DNA from: Candidatus Hermodarchaeota archaeon
GTDB lineage: Archaea; Asgardarchaeota; Lokiarchaeia; Sigyniarchaeales; SOKP01
Length of the DNA: 64,000 bases
Assembly (NCBI GenBank): GCA_048885525.1
Contig: JBHLLP010000015.1
Location: 6,348 to 70,347 of the forward strand
Direction of reading: 5' to 3'
This document shows, piece after piece, positions 57,331 through 64,000 of this stretch. The translations under genes and the position numbers were made by a program. Each line of letters begins with the position of its first letter. Position 1 is the first letter of the stretch. The notes beneath the pieces are model-generated. The model was not told the origin of the DNA. It worked only from the letters and a program-made list of their open reading frames with translations, and made no database searches.

Positions 57331-57834
57331 TTATTCGAATAAATCCAATAAGGAACCACACTCGGGGCAGTATCTAAATGGCATTTTAAGTTCTATTCCA
57401 CAATGGGGACAAAATATTGCATCTCTTCTACCATCTTGAACCTTTTCGAACGCATCAATAAAAATTTTTTCATATTCTTTAATAGGGCTTTTCTGAAACA
57501 AAATTGGTTTTACACCAAATTGAAGAATCCAATTATTAACGATCCTTTCCATCTTAGTTTCTGTTCCTGATAATGAATCCCCTAAATATTCAAAACATAC
57601 ACGAACATGCGTAATATCCTGCTTATTAGGGTCCATTACAAATTTAAGATAATATTCTTCTGATTGTTTTAAAGCACGTTTTCGAGTCAAATTTAACTTC
57701 GCAATTTTCTCAGTCGCAAACGATGATTCTTTCTTTATTTTAATATCCTGAAGGGAAATCCAAAATAATCTACTTTCTTCCCACACATCGCTGAGTTTTT
57801 TATTTAGGGAAAAATATCCATATCTAGGAATCAT
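57331..57834 (-). CDS. Zinc-ribbon domain protein
   Basis: FCPHCG...YCPECG. Confidence 0.7.
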   Translation of the reverse strand: MIPRYGYFSLNKKLSDVWEESRLFWISLQDIKIKKESSFATEKIAKLNLTRKRALKQSEEYYLKFVMDPNKQDITHVRVCFEYLGDSLSGTETKMERIVNNWILQFGVKPILFQKSPIKEYEKIFIDAFEKVQDGRRDAIFCPHCGIELKMPFRYCPECGSLLDLFE

Positions 57835-57897
57835 TATTTGGGAATTTATTGTAATATTTATTATATTGGAATAAAATATTTAGGTAATAAGAAAACA

Positions 57898-59520
57898 CTA
57901 GCTATTTAATCGTTTATAGAGTTTTTTCATAATTTTATAGAGATTCATATATTCTTTGAAGATTTTATCATAAATTAGGCGATTTTCGGGATTTGGGGTA
58001 TAAATATTGGATATCTCACAACATCTTTGTATATCTTCCCATTTAAGGTACCCGAGTCCTACTGAAGCAATATATGCAGCACCTCGTGCATTTGCTTGTA
58101 TAGGATCAGAAACTTGTTTAATCTTTCTGTTAAGAACATCTGCAAAGATTTGGCACCATACATCGCTCTGAGCACCTCCTCCAATTATATTTAGCTCTGG
58201 CATGATAATACTATTTTTTGGTAATCCTCGATCCTTAATGACCCATTTTCCAATGAAATTTTCAATACAAATTAATAACCATTTTACGTTATATGCGACG
58301 CCTTCAAAAATAGCTCTTATTATGTGTTCTCTTGACATTTCAAGAGAAAGATTGTATAAACCTCCTCGAATATTAGGATCATCGATAGGTGATCGCTCTC
58401 CTATAAGCCATGGGGTAAAAATGAGATTATTTGAACCAGCAGGAACATTCTCAACAATTCGATCAAAAATTTTATATATATCAGGTACCGCTTCTTCTTT
58501 TAATAACTCATCCTTATGATATAAAATTTTATCTCTTAGGAATGATAACGCACCTCCAGCAATTTCTTGCTCATTACCTGTAAGATATCTTCCTGGTATA
58601 GCAGAAGGCAACGTACCCAGATTATGAGCAATATCTACTCCCTTATGAGGTATATGTAAAAATATCCAGTCGCTTGTACCAATATATATATGTCCCTCAT
58701 AATTCCCAACTGCTCCCGATCCTATTGTTGCAGAATGTATATCTGGAGCACCCATAACCACTTTTGTAGTCTTTTCTAATCCTAACTCATCAGCTACATC
58801 TTTTTTGATTGGACCTAAAATGTCTAGAGAATTTTTCAGTTCTGATGGAAACTTATTTTTTGATACTTTGAACATCTTTAATAATTTTTTTGAGTAATGA
58901 ATATTGTTAGGATCTCTTGTATCAGTAACCCAGTGAAGCGTGATTGATGCAAATGATGCAGCAAAATTTCCTGTCAATTTCAAGTTTATAAAATCTTGAG
59001 GCTCTAAAAACATGAACGTTCTATCATAAATATCAGGAAATTCATTTTTAATTACTAATATATGCGCTATAGGATCTTTACCGGGTAAAGTTGGACCACC
59101 AAAGGCTCTTTTTAAGAATGTAAGTATTTTTCTTACATTATATCCTGAAACTTTAAGAATTCCTCTATTAAATCGTTCAATATATTTCGCACCTCTCGTA
59201 TCCATCCATATGATTGCATTCATAAGATGATTGCCCTCTTTATCTAATGGTACCGTGCCACTCCATTGACTAGTATTACAGATACCTACAATATTTTCTA
59301 CTCTAATGCCACTTTTGTCAATTACTTTTTTAGCAGTGTTTTTAATAGCATTCCACCAATCATTTGGATCTTGCTCAACAGAACCACCTTTAAGAGCAAT
59401 TATGGGTGTTTCTTCGAAAGCCCATTCAAGTATATCTCCTTGCGTGGATACAATAGCAGATTTTGGACCTCCCGTTCCATGATCAATAGCTAAAATATAT
59501 TTCATTTGAGAATCTGACAT
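57898..59520 (-). CDS. FGGY-family carbohydrate kinase (xylulokinase-like)
   Basis: LAIDHGTGGPK, EQDP.DWW, WMDTR, IGTS, GERSP, RAIFEGVA, GGGAQS..W.Q..ADV. Confidence 0.92.
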   Translation of the reverse strand: MSDSQMKYILAIDHGTGGPKSAIVSTQGDILEWAFEETPIIALKGGSVEQDPNDWWNAIKNTAKKVIDKSGIRVENIVGICNTSQWSGTVPLDKEGNHLMNAIIWMDTRGAKYIERFNRGILKVSGYNVRKILTFLKRAFGGPTLPGKDPIAHILVIKNEFPDIYDRTFMFLEPQDFINLKLTGNFAASFASITLHWVTDTRDPNNIHYSKKLLKMFKVSKNKFPSELKNSLDILGPIKKDVADELGLEKTTKVVMGAPDIHSATIGSGAVGNYEGHIYIGTSDWIFLHIPHKGVDIAHNLGTLPSAIPGRYLTGNEQEIAGGALSFLRDKILYHKDELLKEEAVPDIYKIFDRIVENVPAGSNNLIFTPWLIGERSPIDDPNIRGGLYNLSLEMSREHIIRAIFEGVAYNVKWLLICIENFIGKWVIKDRGLPKNSIIMPELNIIGGGAQSDVWCQIFADVLNRKIKQVSDPIQANARGAAYIASVGLGYLKWEDIQRCCEISNIYTPNPENRLIYDKIFKEYMNLYKIMKKLYKRLNS

Positions 59521-59751
59521 ATTTTATATTAATGATGTTAAAGTAAATAAAGATTTTTTTAGTTAAGTTCTCGAAAAGAATTCTTAAATGGTATGAAATT
59601 AGAGATATATATCCTTTTTTTTCCATGAAAGAAAGTGAAATTGCATAATTATTTATATATAAATTATCTTGTCAAACATTGATTCATTAAGGGTTTTATA
59701 GATTAATTATTTCAATTTAATTTCTTAGAAGTGGTATAGAGAAATATTCGA

Positions 59752-62568
59752 ATGTTTGATAAAAGAGATTATATTAGAGTATTTGTTGTTGTAATTATAT
59801 CGACTTTTCTTGCTTTAAATATTAGAATTTTTCTCGAAAATTATTATCAACGGACATTCGATAAATCTCATTACAATTTAGATTCAAATTTGTACCGATT
59901 TGATGATTTAGATACCCAAGGGATAGTACAAGATCATTATGCAATAGAGTATCTTAATAACTCGAATTTTAATTCTCAAAGCTCATGGTTTTCCATTGAG
60001 GAAGGTGATAGTACAGATGTAAATGGAATTATAAATTCAGGACAGGCCAATTTAGACATTCTAGGTGAACAACATACTTTCTCTTTAATAGCAGATCCTC
60101 CTCTTGCCTTAGATTGGATAGAGACTAATAATCCTGAATTGCCTGATCCCCCCGATATAGCTGAAATTACTTCTCAAGGTTGTAGAGTGTCTCATCAATT
60201 TGATGACGTAACTGCTGTTCAGCAACCAAGTGTACATTGGGATCATAATGTTTCAATGCCCATTGATATGTCCGACTATGTAATTAAATCCGCTTCTGTT
60301 CAAGCTATTATCAATGCGACTGTGGATGAAAATCTTGACCGTTTAGAAGATTATTTAACTGGAGATTTGGCAAGGTTAAATCCTAATTACATTGTAGATA
60401 CTTATAGTATTGGAGATTTTATTCAATATTATATATTAGTTTCAGATTTAGAAAAACATAGGGTTTATGAAATTGCATATTTTCAAACTGAACAAATCGG
60501 GAGTAGCGATCCTCCCGGGAAGGATTATCTATATGACACATTCATGCTTGGCGTATCCCAAGAGGATTTGATTTATGCACTTACATCTGTTTTAAGTATA
60601 GATAATTCCAACTTTACGGTTACTCTCGGAATTACATTACATATTGAAGATAATTTAGCTAATTACTGGGATCTTGATTATTTTGATGAGATCTATATAA
60701 AATTTGTAAATTTGACATTTATATTTGAAAAAAGAATAGATCAATATACTTCTATTTCATTGAATCAGATTGGAAATAAACTTCATGGAAGTGATATTGA
60801 TATAATTAATGCTACACTTAATTTTAAATATAAAATTGACAGAAATTGGCCGAATAACTCGCCTAATTCAGAAATTTGGGTTTATGTCAACGATAGAATT
60901 CATCCAGAGGCAGTTAAATTGAGTTCTGCCAAATCTACGTTCCAAGAAATAAAATTAGGAGGATTTAATGTTAAAAATTTTATTATAGCAGAAGAAAACA
61001 TTAGTATCTCTATAAAAATATATATTGCTGATACTTTTACCTTAAATCAAACAATTAGAATATCAATAGATAATGCTAGTTTATTTATTTCTTATATTAA
61101 TAACGTTGTAGAAGCGAAGACTGAGTTAGATCTATTCCTTAATAGCATAAATAAAACCCAAGAAAAAACAATTGATGTTACCATTGGTAATTCTGTTAAC
61201 ATTGAAATCAAATACATGGATCAGTTAAAAAAATTTATTGAAAATGCTTCAGTACAATTAAAAGGATTAGGATCCCCTATAAATTTAACTGAAAATAGTA
61301 CTTTAAAATATTATCATATTTCTATCCAAACAATCAACTTAAACCTTGGAAATAATTATCTTACTTTATCAGCAAGTAAAAAATATTATGAACCAATAGA
61401 AATTCAGATAAATATCAATGTAAAAAAAATAAATTGTGAAATAAGAACATTATTAGGTGAACCCAGAATAGAGATACAAACTGGATCTATCCCTAATATA
61501 GAACTTAGTTTAATCAATCTGGAAACTAATGAGGTTATTATGGGTGCAATTGTTGAATATTCATGGGAATTTGGTACTGGTATATTAGAAGATAAAGATA
61601 ATGATGGGATATATGAAACTACGCTGAAAAAATGCCCTTCTGGAACATATACTATTAACATTACTGCATTTGCGGGAGTTAATTACAGCTTTGAACAGTA
61701 TGAATTGAATTTAATAGTACATAAGCCAACAGGAATAAACAGAGAAATTTTGAATCTTTTTATTATTATTTCAATTATTGCATTTACTATTATTGGAATT
61801 CTAACAGCTCTAAGTATGAAAAATTATGTTTTTGCACCTCGTAAGATTAAAAAAAGGAATGAATTATTATTAAGAACACAGATTTTCAAAGATGCAGATA
61901 ATATTCAAGGGATATTACTTATTCATACCGAAAGTGGCTTACCAATCTTCTCTAAAAACTATTCTGCTATCATGAAAGGGAAGAAAACCCTTTTCTCAGG
62001 ATTTATACAAGCTGTTTCTCTATTTAGCGATGAAATATCTAATAGCAAAATTGGTAAACCTACTTCAAAAGAAGCACAAAGTAAAAAAAGTGTCCAAAAA
62101 GTAATTGAATTAGATTTTAAACATTTTTTTTGCCTAATTTTTGATATTGAAGAATTACGGACAGTGCTTATATTAAAAAATAGATCATCAAAAAGATTAA
62201 AACGCCAAATGTTTAAATTTTCTTTATTCACCTATTTAAGAATTTCTGAACAATTAAAAGAATGGAATCATAGGTTAGAACAATTTCGAGACATAATTCC
62301 ACCTCTATTAAATGAATATTTCTGTCTATATTATAAAGAATTCTTTAAATTAGCCATTGATCAACCAAAGCTTGAAGAAGTTAAGAAAAAATTGAATTTA
62401 ACTAAATTACAGTTCAAAATTTTAAAGGAATTTTGTTTAATTGCTACAGAGAATAAGATCTTTAAATTAATGACTCTTCTTGAAAAGTTCAGCGAAAAAA
62501 ATGAAGACTCGGTTATAGATGCTATTCAAGTCTTAATTAATCATGAATTAATTATACCTTATTTCTAA
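59752..62568 (+). CDS. Single-pass surface protein with Ig-like ectodomain and cytoplasmic longin/roadblock-like domain
   Basis: N-terminal signal anchor, beta-rich N-x-S/T-rich ectodomain, TM near aa 668-690, then IQGILLIHTESGLPIFSK...LFSGFIQAVSLFSDEI. Confidence 0.75.
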   Translation: MFDKRDYIRVFVVVIISTFLALNIRIFLENYYQRTFDKSHYNLDSNLYRFDDLDTQGIVQDHYAIEYLNNSNFNSQSSWFSIEEGDSTDVNGIINSGQANLDILGEQHTFSLIADPPLALDWIETNNPELPDPPDIAEITSQGCRVSHQFDDVTAVQQPSVHWDHNVSMPIDMSDYVIKSASVQAIINATVDENLDRLEDYLTGDLARLNPNYIVDTYSIGDFIQYYILVSDLEKHRVYEIAYFQTEQIGSSDPPGKDYLYDTFMLGVSQEDLIYALTSVLSIDNSNFTVTLGITLHIEDNLANYWDLDYFDEIYIKFVNLTFIFEKRIDQYTSISLNQIGNKLHGSDIDIINATLNFKYKIDRNWPNNSPNSEIWVYVNDRIHPEAVKLSSAKSTFQEIKLGGFNVKNFIIAEENISISIKIYIADTFTLNQTIRISIDNASLFISYINNVVEAKTELDLFLNSINKTQEKTIDVTIGNSVNIEIKYMDQLKKFIENASVQLKGLGSPINLTENSTLKYYHISIQTINLNLGNNYLTLSASKKYYEPIEIQININVKKINCEIRTLLGEPRIEIQTGSIPNIELSLINLETNEVIMGAIVEYSWEFGTGILEDKDNDGIYETTLKKCPSGTYTINITAFAGVNYSFEQYELNLIVHKPTGINREILNLFIIISIIAFTIIGILTALSMKNYVFAPRKIKKRNELLLRTQIFKDADNIQGILLIHTESGLPIFSKNYSAIMKGKKTLFSGFIQAVSLFSDEISNSKIGKPTSKEAQSKKSVQKVIELDFKHFFCLIFDIEELRTVLILKNRSSKRLKRQMFKFSLFTYLRISEQLKEWNHRLEQFRDIIPPLLNEYFCLYYKEFFKLAIDQPKLEEVKKKLNLTKLQFKILKEFCLIATENKIFKLMTLLEKFSEKNEDSVIDAIQVLINHELIIPYF

Positions 62569-62655
62569 TTATTATTGAAAATAATAAGATTAATTTTTGA
62601 TACTATTATTTATTATTTAAAATAGTCACCAAAATATTACAAATTTTGATCAAAT

Positions 62656-64000
62656 ATGCCCAGTTTGAATTATAAAGAAATACAAGCCAAGATAAATAAT
62701 GTAGTGAATAATCCTATAAGGCATTTCAAATCCGAAGAGTTAAAAGGAATAATTGAAAGATATCATCGTAATCACCCTAAATCACTGGAAATTTATGGGA
62801 GGATGAAGAAAGTTATTCCAGGGGGTGTTGAGCACAATTTAAGCTTCAATTATCCTTTTCCATTAGCTAGTAAACGAGTATTTGATTGTTATATGGAGAC
62901 TGTAGACAATATTATATTTACCGATTATTTAATGGATGGAGGACCTATAATTCTTGGTCACAATCACCCCCAATTAACTGAAAAAATAATTGAAGTGATA
63001 AGAAATTTAGGTCCTTGTCATGGAATTACAAGTGAATATGAATACCTCGCAGCTGAGCAATTGAAAAAACATTTTCCTTCATGTGAATTCATACGTTGGC
63101 TGCAATCTGGAACCGAGGCTAATATGTTAGCAATAAGAGTTGCTAGAGTCTTTACTAGAAGGAAATGGATTGTGAAAATGGGTGGATCCTATCATGGGTG
63201 GAGTGACCAGCTTGTTTTTGATATGAAAATTCCAGGAACTCTAAGGGTAGAATCACATGGTATTCCTAAACCAGTCTTAGAATATACTTTATCTTCTAAA
63301 CCGAATGATATTGATGCATTAAGAGAATTATTTAAGGAAAAGAAGAAGATCGCTGCTGTAATAATAGAACCTCAGGGTGGCGAATCAGGAGCAACACCAA
63401 CAAGACCTGGTTTCAACAAAGAAGTAGAAGAATTGTGTCGAGAAAATGGTGCTCTCCTAATTTCTGATGAAGTTGTTTCTGCTTTTAGATTACACATGGG
63501 AGGTGGTCAAGCTTATTTTGGATATACTCCTGATTTATCTGTATTTGGTAAGATTGTAGGTCATGGATATCCCTCAGCAGCAGCTCTAGGTGGGAGAGAA
63601 GAGATAATGAGATTATGTGCTGCCGGTGTGGGTGGAGTGGGTGCTAAAAGAGCCTATTGTGGAGGTACAATCGCAGCAAATCCTCTCACGTGTGCAGCTG
63701 CATACTACGCTATAAAATTAATTGAAGAAACTAACGCAACTGAAAAGACTGATAGAGCTGGTACACGTTTATCAGCTGGATTGAATGAAGTATTTAATAA
63801 ATATGATTTACCATGGTTCTCCTATAATTATGGAGGAACTATCCACTTTCAAACAAGTTACCCTTTTGGTTTAGATATTAAGGATCCAGTTCAAGGGCCT
63901 CAAATAAAAGAACGCAAAGAATTCATGGAACATATAGGAGCAGCATTAGTAGACCAAGAGATTATTTCTGTTGCAGGTAGTAGATTTTATACTTGTATGC
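62656..64000 (+). CDS. Class III PLP aminotransferase, GSA-aminomutase (HemL)-like; runs off the window end
   Basis: Absent from the ORF track: ATG 62656, IPGGVEHN, GPIILGH, SGTEA, GSYHGWSD, IIEP, SDEVVSAFR, FGKIVGHGYP, GGTIAANP. Confidence 0.9.
   Translation, partial: MPSLNYKEIQAKINNVVNNPIRHFKSEELKGIIERYHRNHPKSLEIYGRMKKVIPGGVEHNLSFNYPFPLASKRVFDCYMETVDNIIFTDYLMDGGPIILGHNHPQLTEKIIEVIRNLGPCHGITSEYEYLAAEQLKKHFPSCEFIRWLQSGTEANMLAIRVARVFTRRKWIVKMGGSYHGWSDQLVFDMKIPGTLRVESHGIPKPVLEYTLSSKPNDIDALRELFKEKKKIAAVIIEPQGGESGATPTRPGFNKEVEELCRENGALLISDEVVSAFRLHMGGGQAYFGYTPDLSVFGKIVGHGYPSAAALGGREEIMRLCAAGVGGVGAKRAYCGGTIAANPLTCAAAYYAIKLIEETNATEKTDRAGTRLSAGLNEVFNKYDLPWFSYNYGGTIHFQTSYPFGLDIKDPVQGPQIKERKEFMEHIGAALVDQEIISVAGSRFYTCM

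Noticed and set aside
212-62231. Numerous 60-137 aa antisense ORFs in the track (e.g. 212-427, 20914-21327, 35553-35843, 58202-58519, 61959-62231)
   Set aside because: They lie opposite well-supported genes and carry no motifs; shadow ORFs
1-64000. rRNA, tRNA, CRISPR array, IS/transposase or integrase
   Set aside because: No GC-rich structured RNA segment, regularly spaced repeats or recombinase motifs seen by eye; small ncRNAs cannot be excluded without a covariance search

Overview
A very AT-rich, gene-dense archaeal window. Its gene content points to Asgard archaea, most likely Lokiarchaeia/Promethearchaeia (inference): Alba, a histone, a Sec11-type signal peptidase, HerA-NurA-Mre11-Rad50, a single-domain gelsolin, a membrane protein with a longin-like tail, many double-zinc-ribbon proteins, and GGTGA ribosome-binding motifs. 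I find about 58 CDSs and no rRNA, tRNA, CRISPR array or transposase. The left third is metabolic: SCP2/GlcD/GlcF, a truncated acetyl-CoA-synthase-like protein with CooC, a CDF-wHTH fusion, GH38-like and GH3 glycosidases, a CoA-transferase-like pair and thiolase/DUF35. The centre is a chromatin and DNA-repair locus: alba and a tailed alpha3/face-to-face-type histone converge on uvrD-herA-nurA-mre11-rad50. The right part holds several candidate eukaryotic-signature proteins: gelsolin, a cytoplasmic multi-Ig protein resembling the adaptin/delta-COP mu-homology domain, a GIFT/IFT52-like-RHH fusion, and a receptor-like Ig-TM-longin protein. The points most worth following up are: (1) several genes whose reading frames have no ATG/GTG/TTG at their N-terminus and appear to start at ATT/ATC just after GGTGA; (2) the mu-homology-like scaffold; (3) the truncated-ACS/CooC/CDF-wHTH module; (4) the histone-Alba-repair locus; (5) a 22-bp repeated upstream site defining a small candidate regulon. 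All assignments come from reading motifs by eye; no searches were run.
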